Assembly: GCA_963713975.1 (NCBI GenBank)
Contig: OY970218.1
Span: 96,001-160,000 of the forward strand
Source of the DNA: an uncultured Chloroflexia bacterium
GTDB lineage: Bacteria; Chloroflexota; Limnocylindria; Limnocylindrales; CSP1-4
DNA: 64,000 bases
Direction of reading: 5' to 3'
Shown here: positions 18,804 to 27,667 of the stretch, one piece after another
How positions within the stretch are numbered: the first letter of the stretch is position 1
Layout of the letters: each line of letters starts with the position of its first letter
Notes under the pieces: model-generated
What the model was told of the DNA's origin: nothing
The model's input: only the letters and a program-made list of their open reading frames with translations
Databases searched by the model: none
Position numbers and translations under genes: made by a program

Positions 18804-19865
18804 CTACCGGACGAGGAGCTCCTCCGCGAGTGCCGCGGCAGGTCCGGCGCGGTTGGACCGGTTGGCCAGCACCGCGAGACGGAGCCCGGCCTCCGGGTAC
18901 CAGCGGACGTGGGCCACGTAGCCCGGATCGCCGCCGGGGTGCCCCACCCACCGCCGGGCCCCCTCGCCGTGGACCCACCAGCCGAGGCCGTACCGTGTCT
19001 CCTCCCGGTCGTCGCGGACGCGCACCCGGAGCATCTCGTCCCGCCACACGGGCCCCACCAGGCGTCCATCGCGGAAGGCATCCAGGAAGCGCACGAGGTC
19101 CGCGGCGGTCGAGAATGCCCCGCCATCCGGCTGGCCCCGGGCCGGGATCGCGTACAGGTTGCTGCGCCAGGCCCCGCCCGGATCCTCGTCGGCCGGCGCC
19201 AGGTAGCCGATCGCCACGTCCGGGATCACGTCGTCCTGACACGGGTATCCGGTCGCCGTCATCCCCGCGGGCTCGAGCACGGCCTCCTCAACGGCCTCGT
19301 AGAAGCCCTTGCCCGCCAGGGCCTCGACGACCAGGCCCGCCAGCACGAAGCCGGCGTTGCAGTAGCGGACGTCGGCACCCGGCTTGGCGAGGGCTTGGAG
19401 ATCGGCGAACAGTGGCAGCAGGTCCCGTGGTGACCGGGTCGCGGCGGGGTTGGCCCGCAGCCAGACATCCTCGTACGGCTCGTCGCCGTACTCGTCGCAG
19501 TAGTCGGCGATCCCGGAGCTGTGGGTGAGCAGGTGCTCGAGGGTGACAACGGGATCCAGGCCCCGCGGCCGCAGGCCGGCATCGAGCACGTCCACGACCC
19601 GTGTGTCCGGCGCGGCCAGACCCCGCTCGAAGAGCCTGGCGAGCGTGACGGCGGTGAACAGCTTGGACGCCGATGCGGTCCCGAACCGCGAGGCCGCCGT
19701 GATCGGTCGCCCGCTGGCCCTGTCCGCGATCCCCTGGGCGACCTCGGCCAGGACGCCATCCGGACCGACGGCCAGGACGACGCCGCTGAAGTCGATGGCC
19801 GCCAGGGCCGTCGCCAGCTCCTCGCCCCGCGGTCCGGCGGCCGGGCCGGGACCAAGCCCGGTCAT
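18804..19865 (-). CDS. Serine hydrolase, beta-lactamase/PBP (AmpC-like) family, cytoplasmic
   Basis: SxxK (SASK), LLTHSSG, YxN (YCN) and HPGG motifs; no signal peptide; ATG overlaps the cphA stop (ATGA). Confidence 0.9.
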   Translation of the reverse strand: MTGLGPGPAAGPRGEELATALAAIDFSGVVLAVGPDGVLAEVAQGIADRASGRPITAASRFGTASASKLFTAVTLARLFERGLAAPDTRVVDVLDAGLRPRGLDPVVTLEHLLTHSSGIADYCDEYGDEPYEDVWLRANPAATRSPRDLLPLFADLQALAKPGADVRYCNAGFVLAGLVVEALAGKGFYEAVEEAVLEPAGMTATGYPCQDDVIPDVAIGYLAPADEDPGGAWRSNLYAIPARGQPDGGAFSTAADLVRFLDAFRDGRLVGPVWRDEMLRVRVRDDREETRYGLGWWVHGEGARRWVGHPGGDPGYVAHVRWYPEAGLRLAVLANRSNRAGPAAALAEELLVR

Positions 19866-22771
19866 CCCTCCGGCGCCTCCAGCTCGCCCGGGTCCGCGAA
19901 GGCGGTCGTGCCCTGGGCGCGCCCGGCAAGCGCCATCGCCTGGCGGTACACGTCGACCGCGTCATCGGCACACACCACCACGAGATCGCCCGGGGAGGCG
20001 CGGCGCAGGGCTGTCCTGACGGCGTGCTGCTCGTCGAGGACCTTGTCGACCTTGACCGCCCGGGCCTCGGGTTCGCCGCGTGTGGCACGGATCCCGGCGA
20101 CCACGTTGGCCGCTGTCTCGCCGGGCTTCCTTCCGCGCAGGTTGCGGTCCTCGCGGATCACGATCTCGTCGAACGCGGTGGCGGCCAGGGCGCCGTAGGC
20201 ACGCTGGTCCTCGTCCCGCCGGTCGCCGGGGATCCCGATGACCCCGATCGCGCGTCCGGTCCGGGGCTGGGCCGCGGCCGCGCCGTGCGCGCCGGTGCGG
20301 ACCTGCGGATCGATCATCATGCGGTTCACGAAGTCCGCCAGCTGGCGCATGCCGTCCACGTTGTGGCAGTAGTCGATGACGACGCGCGTCCCGGCGACCT
20401 CGACGAGGTTGAGCCGGCCCGGCGCCTGGAAGAACGACGTGGTGAAGGTCCGCATGCCCTGGCGGATGTCATGGAGGTGCGCGCCCATGGACCACGCGGC
20501 GGCAGCGGCGGCCAGCGTGTTGGCGACGTTCATCCGCGCCCGGCCGCCGAACGTGGCCGGCACCAGGTGCGTGTACAGGACCGGCATCTTGCGCGGCCCG
20601 TGCTTGAGGACGATGAGCTCGCCCTGGGGCGTGTCCTCGAGGCAGAACGCCGCGTTGCCGCGGTTGGTGTGCCCGTCGATCCGGTCGAAGCCGTCCTCGC
20701 CTTTGTGCTTGGCCGTCGAGAACAGGACGACGCGTCCGGCGCAGTGGCGGCCCATCCGGTAGACGTGGTTGTCGTCGGCGTTGAGGACGGCCGTGCCGGA
20801 ACGCGGGACCGCCTCGACCACCACGCCCTTGACCCCCGCCAGCTGGCCCAGTGTGTCGATGCCCCCGAGACCCAGGTGGTCCCCGGTGACGTTGGTGACA
20901 ACCGCGACGTCGTTGCGGTCGTAGCCCAGGCCCTCGCGCAGGATGCCGCCGCGCGCCACCTCGAACACGGCCGTGTCCACCGTCGGGTTCTGGAGGACCA
21001 TCTGGGCGGACCGAGGACCGCTCATGTCGCCCTTCCTGATGAGGCGTCCGTCGATCACGATGCCGTCGGTGGACGTCATCCCGACCCGGCGGCCCATCAG
21101 CTTGAGGACGTGGGCGATCATCCGCACCGTGGTGGTCTTGCCGTTGGTGCCGGTCACCGCGAGGATCGGGATGCGGGCAGGGGCGCCTGGCGGGAACAGC
21201 AGGTCGATCACCGGCCGCGCGACGTACTGGGGCTCGCCCTCGGTGGGGTGGGTGTGCATCCGGAAGCCGGGCGCGGCGTTGACCTCGACGATGCCCCCGC
21301 CGGTCTCGCGCACAGGCTCCTCGATGTCCGGGCAGATGAAGTCGATGCCGGCGATGTCGAGGCCGACCACGCGGGCCGCCGTCTCGGCGATCTCCACGTT
21401 GTCGGGGTGGGCCTCCATCGTCCGGTCGATGGAGGTGCCGCCGGTGCTCATGTTGCCGGTCAATGCGACCTTGACGAAGGCCCCGGCCGCCGGGACGTCG
21501 TCCGGCGCGAAGCCCTGCCCGGCGAGGACCTCGATCGCGTTGTCGTCCAGCTTGATCCGGGTGAGGACCTTCTCGTGGCCGATGCCGCGGCGCGGATCCT
21601 GGTTGGTGAGCTCCACCAGCTGGCGGATGGTCTGCACGCCGTCGCCGGTCACGCTCGCCGGGACGCGTTCGGCAACGGCCGCCAGCTTCCCGCCGATGAC
21701 CAGGCAGCGGTAGTCCCGTCCGGTGATGTAGCTCTCCACGAGCACGTCGCGCGACCGGCTCTGGCGGTAGGCCTCGGGGAAGGCGGCGCGAACGGCGGCC
21801 TCGTCGGCCAGCCCCAGCGCCACGCCGCGGCCGTGGTTGCCGTCGAGCGGCTTGAGCACGCACGGGTAGCCCATCCGGCGCGCGACCGCCACCGCCTCGT
21901 CCTCGGTGGTCACGACCTCGGAGCGCGGGACCGGGAGCCCGGCGGAGTCGAGCAGGCGGTTGGTCAGCTTCTTGTCGGACGCGATGTCCACGGCGATGCC
22001 GCCGGTCCGGCTGGTCATGGTGGCCCGGATGCGCTGCTGGTGGACGCCCTGGCCAAGCTGGACCAGGCTGTAGCGGTCCAGGCGCATGAACGGGATGTCG
22101 CGCACGGCCGCCTCGTCCAGGAGCGCCTGCGTGGACGGACCGAAGGCGAGCCGCTCGGCAACATGGATGAGACCCTCGAGCTCGGTCCCGAGGTCGAACG
22201 CGTGCTCGGGGTCGTCCGGCGCCACGAGGTGGTTGACGAGCGCGACGGCCATCTTCCCGGCCTCGATCCCGACCTGCTCCTCGCGGTATTCGAAGATGAC
22301 GTTGTAGCGACCGTAGTCGCCCGTGCCGCGCGTCTTGCCGTGCCGGACGGGCGTCCCGGCGAGGTTCTGGAGCTCCAGGGCTAGATGCTCGGCCACGTGG
22401 CCCGCCCATGTCCCGTCGCGGAGCCTGGTGATGAACCCACCGCGCCGGCCCAGCGAGCAGGCGTGGTCCTCCAGTGACGGCAGCAACTCCACCAGGGCGT
22501 CCACGAACCCAGGAATCGTGCTGCTCGGGAACTCCTCCAGCACGCCGAGATCCACGACCTGGCGGATCACGGGCTCCTTCGCCCAGTAGTTGGCGCCCCG
22601 CAGGACGCGCGTCTCGAGGATGCGCAGGGTTGGTTCGGGGTGCTTACCGTCCGGCGCGGGTGCGGCTGCCGCGGCGGCGGCCTCTTCCGCGGGGGCCGCC
22701 TGGCCGCCGGCCTCGGCCTTCGCCACCTTCTTCCTCGACCGCTTCGGGGATGCCGGATCCGCCTGGGCCAC
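19862..22771 (-). CDS. cphA: Cyanophycin synthetase CphA1
   Basis: N domain with Cx19HxxEH (HACS...GHVAEH); FGPST; ATP-grasp motifs KPLDGNHGRGV, AVAERVPA, NMSTGG and EVNAAPGFRMH; M domain TGTNGKTT...DYCHN; GAGGAGGG RBS before GTG 22771. Confidence 0.96.
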   Translation of the reverse strand: MAQADPASPKRSRKKVAKAEAGGQAAPAEEAAAAAAAPAPDGKHPEPTLRILETRVLRGANYWAKEPVIRQVVDLGVLEEFPSSTIPGFVDALVELLPSLEDHACSLGRRGGFITRLRDGTWAGHVAEHLALELQNLAGTPVRHGKTRGTGDYGRYNVIFEYREEQVGIEAGKMAVALVNHLVAPDDPEHAFDLGTELEGLIHVAERLAFGPSTQALLDEAAVRDIPFMRLDRYSLVQLGQGVHQQRIRATMTSRTGGIAVDIASDKKLTNRLLDSAGLPVPRSEVVTTEDEAVAVARRMGYPCVLKPLDGNHGRGVALGLADEAAVRAAFPEAYRQSRSRDVLVESYITGRDYRCLVIGGKLAAVAERVPASVTGDGVQTIRQLVELTNQDPRRGIGHEKVLTRIKLDDNAIEVLAGQGFAPDDVPAAGAFVKVALTGNMSTGGTSIDRTMEAHPDNVEIAETAARVVGLDIAGIDFICPDIEEPVRETGGGIVEVNAAPGFRMHTHPTEGEPQYVARPVIDLLFPPGAPARIPILAVTGTNGKTTTVRMIAHVLKLMGRRVGMTSTDGIVIDGRLIRKGDMSGPRSAQMVLQNPTVDTAVFEVARGGILREGLGYDRNDVAVVTNVTGDHLGLGGIDTLGQLAGVKGVVVEAVPRSGTAVLNADDNHVYRMGRHCAGRVVLFSTAKHKGEDGFDRIDGHTNRGNAAFCLEDTPQGELIVLKHGPRKMPVLYTHLVPATFGGRARMNVANTLAAAAAAWSMGAHLHDIRQGMRTFTTSFFQAPGRLNLVEVAGTRVVIDYCHNVDGMRQLADFVNRMMIDPQVRTGAHGAAAAQPRTGRAIGVIGIPGDRRDEDQRAYGALAATAFDEIVIREDRNLRGRKPGETAANVVAGIRATRGEPEARAVKVDKVLDEQHAVRTALRRASPGDLVVVCADDAVDVYRQAMALAGRAQGTTAFADPGELEAPEG

Positions 22772-22899
22772 CTGGTCCCTCCTCGCGTGCGTGGGACCGC
22801 GAGTGTACGCGCTGGGTGGCGTCACGGTTGGAGTGCCGCCCGGCGGGGCCACGACCGCCAAGGAGGACCTCGCCCCTCGGTGATTCGAGACGGCCCCGG

Positions 22900-23733
22900 C
22901 TAGCTCGAGGCGAGCTCGTCGGGGAGCACCTGCAGGTTCGGTGCCACCACCCGGGTCCGTCGGCGGAGGTCGAACCGGTAGCCGGCCGGCAGGCTGTGGA
23001 GCACCACGCCGCTGATCATCAACGGGCGATGGCCCCGGATCTCCCAGGCATCGGTCTCGGAGGCGGCACCATCCACCACGGTGATGGATCCGCGGCCGAT
23101 GACCTCCATGACCTGGTCCGGGCCGACGACGCCCGCGGTGTCCTCGTCCACGCCCAGGCCTAGCAGCGCCGGGTTTTGGGCGATGAGGCTGAGGAGCCGG
23201 CCGAGGCGGTTCCGCTGCTGGAAGTGCTGGTCCACGATGACGCCGGGCAGCAGCCCCAGGCCCGCGGCGATCTGCGCCATCCGGTGCTTGGGCGTGGCGC
23301 CGGACGCCCCGAACGCGATCATGTGCGACGACACCGCGCTCGCACCGGCCGATGTCCCGGCGACCACGGCCCCCGCCGCGAAGCGCTCCGAGATCGCGCT
23401 GGCCATCCGGGTGCCGGCGATCATCGACGACAGGCGCAGCTGGTTGCCGCCGGTCATGAAGATGCCGCTGGCGTCAGCCACGATGCGGGCGGCATGCTCG
23501 TCGTTCGCCTGCATCCGCGTGGTGGCGTTGAGGGGGATCACCTCCGCGGCGCCGAGCTCCGTGAACACGGTCCGGTACCGCTCGCCGGCCTCAGTGCCGA
23601 AGGAGCTGGCGGTGGCGATGACCGCGATCCGCGCTTCGGGACCACCCGCGAGCGCGACGAAACGGCCGAGGATGACCCGGTCACGGACCTTGTCCTCCGC
23701 CCCGCCGATAACGATCACGGTCCCCTGCGGCAT
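22900..23733 (-). CDS. cphB: Cyanophycinase (S51 serine peptidase)
   Basis: IIGGAEDK, FMTGGNQLRL, GTSAGA, IVDQHFQQRNRLGRL and GVDEDT motifs; immediately upstream of cphA. Confidence 0.95.
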   Translation of the reverse strand: MPQGTVIVIGGAEDKVRDRVILGRFVALAGGPEARIAVIATASSFGTEAGERYRTVFTELGAAEVIPLNATTRMQANDEHAARIVADASGIFMTGGNQLRLSSMIAGTRMASAISERFAAGAVVAGTSAGASAVSSHMIAFGASGATPKHRMAQIAAGLGLLPGVIVDQHFQQRNRLGRLLSLIAQNPALLGLGVDEDTAGVVGPDQVMEVIGRGSITVVDGAASETDAWEIRGHRPLMISGVVLHSLPAGYRFDLRRRTRVVAPNLQVLPDELASS

Positions 23734-23824
23734 GGTCACGGGAGTCTAGCAGCGTGCAGGGGACGGCCCGGATCGCTGTGCGGCCCGGATCGCACACGCG
23801 GAGACCGACGGCAGGCGAGAATGC

Positions 23825-24820
23825 ATGCTCATGAGCGCCCGGGCCACCCACGTGCGGCGGCCGGCCCGCCGGGCCGGCGTCATCCGGCGCGCCCTGCGCA
23901 GGGAGGCGACGCGCCTCGGCGAGCCCCGGCGGATCGCCGCCATGGTCATCCTCGTCATCCCGCTCGCCTTGACGCTGGCCGGGATGGCGGCGCGCGGCGG
24001 GACGGCAGGCGCGGATGCCCAGGCCTACTGGGCGGCCGTGCGACTCTGGCTCGAGGGCGGCAACCCTTACCACCCCACCGGCCCGTTCCTGCCCTACGTC
24101 TACGCGCCGTGGATGCTCCCACTGTTCGCGCCGTGGGCGCTGCTCCCCTGGGATGTCGCGTGGTTCGCGTGGCGGGGCGGCACCATCCTGCTGCTCCTGT
24201 GGTCGATCCGATGGGCGTACTCGCGACGACCGCTGCCCACGGCGATCCTGGTGCTCCTGCTGGCGTTTCCGATGGCCGCGAACCTCGACACCGGGAACAT
24301 CAACCTGCTCCTGGCACTGGCGCTCTTCGGCGCGCACTTCACGGGGCCGCGCCTCGGCGGTCTCATCTGGGGTCTCGCGACCTGGATGAAGTGGGTGCCG
24401 GCGCCACTTTGGCTGGTCCTTCCTCCCAAGGCCCGCCGGTGGGGGCTCGTGTTCCTCGCCCTGTCCGGCCTGCTCTCGTTGCTGATGCTGCCGCTCACGA
24501 TCGTCCAGCTCCAGGCCCTGTTCGGGTTCGGCGAACGTCCGTTCCGCGCGGACTACCTCGTGTTCATCTGGTCTGCCGTCCCGTGGTGGTGGCGGCTTCG
24601 CGATCCGTTCGCCTTCCTGCGGCTCTCGGCGTGGATCCTTGCGGCGAGGACCATGGCTGCACAGTCGCGCCGATGGGGCCGTGCGCTGCGGACCGAACCG
24701 CGTGCCACGCTGCGGACAGCGCGCATCTCCCTATGGGCGTGGGGCCGCAGCTACCTTGGCCTGGACGGTGACTCCGGACAGGAGACCACGACCCACGCGG
24801 TGGCCGAGATCGGCGACTGA
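23825..24820 (+). CDS. GT87/DUF2029-like polyprenol-phosphate-sugar glycosyltransferase (membrane protein)
   Basis: D..AYW.A, PYVYAPW, GNINLLL and K-W-V-P motifs; multiple TM segments. Confidence 0.75.
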   Translation: MLMSARATHVRRPARRAGVIRRALRREATRLGEPRRIAAMVILVIPLALTLAGMAARGGTAGADAQAYWAAVRLWLEGGNPYHPTGPFLPYVYAPWMLPLFAPWALLPWDVAWFAWRGGTILLLLWSIRWAYSRRPLPTAILVLLLAFPMAANLDTGNINLLLALALFGAHFTGPRLGGLIWGLATWMKWVPAPLWLVLPPKARRWGLVFLALSGLLSLLMLPLTIVQLQALFGFGERPFRADYLVFIWSAVPWWWRLRDPFAFLRLSAWILAARTMAAQSRRWGRALRTEPRATLRTARISLWAWGRSYLGLDGDSGQETTTHAVAEIGD

Positions 24821-24826
24821 CCTGCA

Positions 24827-26182
24827 TCAGGCCGGGGCGGCCTGCGGCCGGGGACCGCGGTCGCGACGCGGCTCGACGACCGGGCGGAGGGTCACGGCGG
24901 CGGTGACGAAGAAGATGACGGCCAACATGAACACGATGCGCGGGCTCAGCGGCTCGTTGCCCGCCGCCGTCACGAGGTCCAGGGCGACGCCGCCGACGGC
25001 GATGGACAGCGGCCCGGCAGAACCGGTCGCGACGTTGCTCATGCCCATGTAGCGTCCCGCCGACGCCCTCGGGATGATGTCGGTCATGAGCGCCCAGTCC
25101 ACGGCGAGGAAGGTGCCGTTGGCGGCCCCGAACAGGGCAGCGCCGACCATGGCGACGGGGATCGAGGGAGTTACGGCGATGATCGCGGCGCCGGTCGCGC
25201 CACCGGCGCACGCAGCGAAGATGAGCGGCTTCCGTCCGATCCGGTCGGACAGTCTCGATGCGGGCAGGATCGCGAGGACGTTCGCCGCCACGACCACGAC
25301 AAGGATGGCCATGTACATCCCGTTCGCCTCCTCCTTGGACATCAGGAAGGCCCGCGCGAGGTAGATGACCACGAAGTTGACGATCAGCGAGCCCGCCAGC
25401 AGGAACTGGAGCCTCGACACGAGCAGCCAGACGTAGGAGCGCTCGCGGAGGATGTCGGTCGCCCAGGCCTCCCTGGCGATCCGGGCCCAGGACTTGCCAT
25501 GGCGCGGCTTGGGCGCCATGCCATTGCCGACCCCGAGCACCACGCTCGCCATGGTCACCAGCTCGACGATCGCCACGGCGACCAGCGAGAGAGGCATCGC
25601 GCCCGCGGTCACGGACAACGAGACGAGCAGGAAGCCGGTCACGTTCCCGACGACCTGCATGAGGCCCACCATGCCGCTCGCCATCCCGACCTGCGGCTCC
25701 GCGACGAGATCCGGCACGTAACCCTGGAACGGGCCCCGGGCGATGTTCGTGCTGACCGCGAGCAGCAGGAAGAAGGCCGCCAGCACCAGGACCGAGTTCC
25801 CCATCGCGATTCCGATGAGGAAGACCACGTCGAACAGGGAGCCGAAAACGATGTACGGCTTGCGGCGGCCCCAGCGCGACACCGTGTAGTCGCTGATGTA
25901 GCCGACGGTGGGCTGGATGAGGATCCCGACCACGGCCCCGAAGATCGTGATGATGAACAGGGACTTCCCGACGTCGTCCTTGGGCACCAGGTGGTCGAAC
26001 TCCACGCGGTTGGTGAGGAACAGCCCGACGGCGGCGTCGATGGCGGTCAGGCCCAGCCAGTACGCCGAGATCCGCAGCAGCTGGGTCATCGGCAGGAGCG
26101 CGGTCGGACGCGCACCCTCCTCCGGATCGGGACTCGCCGTCATGCCGGTATCCGGGATCGCGCCGGTCACGGTGTCGTCCAC
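24827..26182 (-). CDS. MFS transporter (GPH/SLC45-like)
   Basis: QPTVGYISD.T.SRWGRRKPY, SRLSDRIGRK and DWALMTDIIP motifs; GGAGG RBS. Confidence 0.88.
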   Translation of the reverse strand: MDDTVTGAIPDTGMTASPDPEEGARPTALLPMTQLLRISAYWLGLTAIDAAVGLFLTNRVEFDHLVPKDDVGKSLFIITIFGAVVGILIQPTVGYISDYTVSRWGRRKPYIVFGSLFDVVFLIGIAMGNSVLVLAAFFLLLAVSTNIARGPFQGYVPDLVAEPQVGMASGMVGLMQVVGNVTGFLLVSLSVTAGAMPLSLVAVAIVELVTMASVVLGVGNGMAPKPRHGKSWARIAREAWATDILRERSYVWLLVSRLQFLLAGSLIVNFVVIYLARAFLMSKEEANGMYMAILVVVVAANVLAILPASRLSDRIGRKPLIFAACAGGATGAAIIAVTPSIPVAMVGAALFGAANGTFLAVDWALMTDIIPRASAGRYMGMSNVATGSAGPLSIAVGGVALDLVTAAGNEPLSPRIVFMLAVIFFVTAAVTLRPVVEPRRDRGPRPQAAPA

Positions 26183-26230
26183 GGTCGTCCTCCATCTCCC
26201 GGTCGAACCCTCGGGCTCATGGCGGGCTGG

Positions 26231-26947
26231 TCAGGCCTCCTCCACGGGGCGTCCGCGCTCGTCGAGCGCGAAGTTGCTGTTCGGACGCGCGAGGGCGCGT
26301 TCTGTTGCTCCGGTGGCCGCAAAACGGAACAGGGAACGGTCCGCGGAGTAGAGCGCTGTGGAGGCGATCCCGATCACTCCCAACCGGAACGTGAAGATCG
26401 GGTTCTCGGGGTTGCCGGCGTAGGTGTGGGGCGTGCCGTCGCGGGTGAGGACCGCCATGTTGGCCACGCCGCGGAAGGTCTCGTGCAGGGCCGCGAGGAG
26501 GTGCCCGGGCTGGCGACCGTCCGTCCAGGCATCCTCCAGCCAGCGCTGGGCGACCTTGGTGTCCGCCCGGCCATGGATCCGTCCGGCGGCACGGTAGCGG
26601 GCCCGGGCCGACCGGTAGTCGCGCAGGTCACCGTTGTGTGCGAACGCGAAGCGGCCCGCAGGGTCCACGAAGGGTTGCGCGTCCGGAACCCCGAGCGTCG
26701 AGAGGCGTGAGGGCCGTCGGAGGTGGACGAGCAGGCTCGTCGTCTCGATGGCGCCCAACCGGTCGCGATCAGGGTCCTCGCGGAAGGCGCCCACCTGGAC
26801 GTGGGACTCGAGGTGGCCCGCGGGGGTCAGCCAGCTGGCGCCCCAGCCGAAGCCCGCGATGCCGTACCGCTCCATGCGCTCGGCGAAGGACAACAACTGA
26901 TTGAGCCGGAACGGCACCGCGGAACGGGCGACGAACTGCTCGCACAT
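26231..26947 (-). CDS. Class II glutamine amidotransferase-like Ntn hydrolase (EgtC/YafJ-like)
   Basis: N-terminal Met-Cys nucleophile; GFGWG, HLRR, QPF and FAHNG motifs. Confidence 0.8.
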   Translation of the reverse strand: MCEQFVARSAVPFRLNQLLSFAERMERYGIAGFGWGASWLTPAGHLESHVQVGAFREDPDRDRLGAIETTSLLVHLRRPSRLSTLGVPDAQPFVDPAGRFAFAHNGDLRDYRSARARYRAAGRIHGRADTKVAQRWLEDAWTDGRQPGHLLAALHETFRGVANMAVLTRDGTPHTYAGNPENPIFTFRLGVIGIASTALYSADRSLFRFAATGATERALARPNSNFALDERGRPVEEA

Positions 26948-27047
26948 CGGCCCGGATCATAGGCTTCTTGGGCTGTCCGGAACGGGCCGAATCGCCGGGG
27001 GCCGGTGCGGTGACCCTCCGGGATCGCCTGCCGCCGCGCTACCCTCG

Positions 27048-27073
27048 TGAACGATTCGCGGGGCCCGTTCGTC
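27048..27073 (+). promoter_or_regulatory. Putative ECF-type autoregulatory promoter (TGAAC-N17-CGTC)
   Basis: -35 GAAC and -10 CGTC with 17-nt spacing directly upstream of the ECF sigma RBS (CGGAGG). Confidence 0.55.
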
Positions 27074-27100
27074 TTGTCTGACGAACGGAGGCGACGACCG

Positions 27101-27667
27101 ATGATGGGGAGCCTCGTGCGAGAGCAGGTCGGAAGCGATCGGGTGCAAGCGGCACGGTCGGCCGATCGGCGAGCCGCTGTCTTCGAGCACCTTGTGGACC
27201 GCCAGCTCGATGACGCCTATCGCCTTGCCGCCATCATCCTCAATGACCGCATGGAGGCGGAAGACGCCGTGCACGACGCTGCCGTGGCCGCGTGGCGCGG
27301 GTTCGAACGACTGCGCGATCCGGGACGCTTCGATCCCTGGTTCCGCCGCATCCTGGTGAACGTCTGCCGGGACCGCCTGCGGGCCAGGGCGCGTCGCCGC
27401 ATCGTGGATCTTGGGCGCGAGCTCCGCGAGGCCGAGCAACCCCGCATGGCCGACCCGGCGGAGGCGACAGCCACCCGCGACGTACTGGCCCGGGCGTTCG
27501 ACGCCCTGGATCCGAACCAACGCATCCTCGTGACCCTTCGCTACCACACCGACCTCACCGTCCCCTCGATCGCCGCGGTCATGGACATGCCGGAGGGCAC
27601 CATCAAATCGAGGCTGCATCAGGCAATCGGCCGGCTCCGGACAGCACTCGAGGAGGCGGATCGATGA
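27101..27667 (+). CDS. ECF RNA polymerase sigma factor
   Basis: AEDAVHDA, FDPWFRRILVN region 2 and IAAVMDMPEGTIKSRLH region 4 HTH; start placed after the GGAGG RBS. Confidence 0.93.
   Translation: MMGSLVREQVGSDRVQAARSADRRAAVFEHLVDRQLDDAYRLAAIILNDRMEAEDAVHDAAVAAWRGFERLRDPGRFDPWFRRILVNVCRDRLRARARRRIVDLGRELREAEQPRMADPAEATATRDVLARAFDALDPNQRILVTLRYHTDLTVPSIAAVMDMPEGTIKSRLHQAIGRLRTALEEADR

Noticed and set aside
18804-19865. Beta-lactam resistance gene
   Set aside because: Shares the fold and SxxK motif, but has no signal peptide and is coupled to cphA; resistance cannot be claimed.
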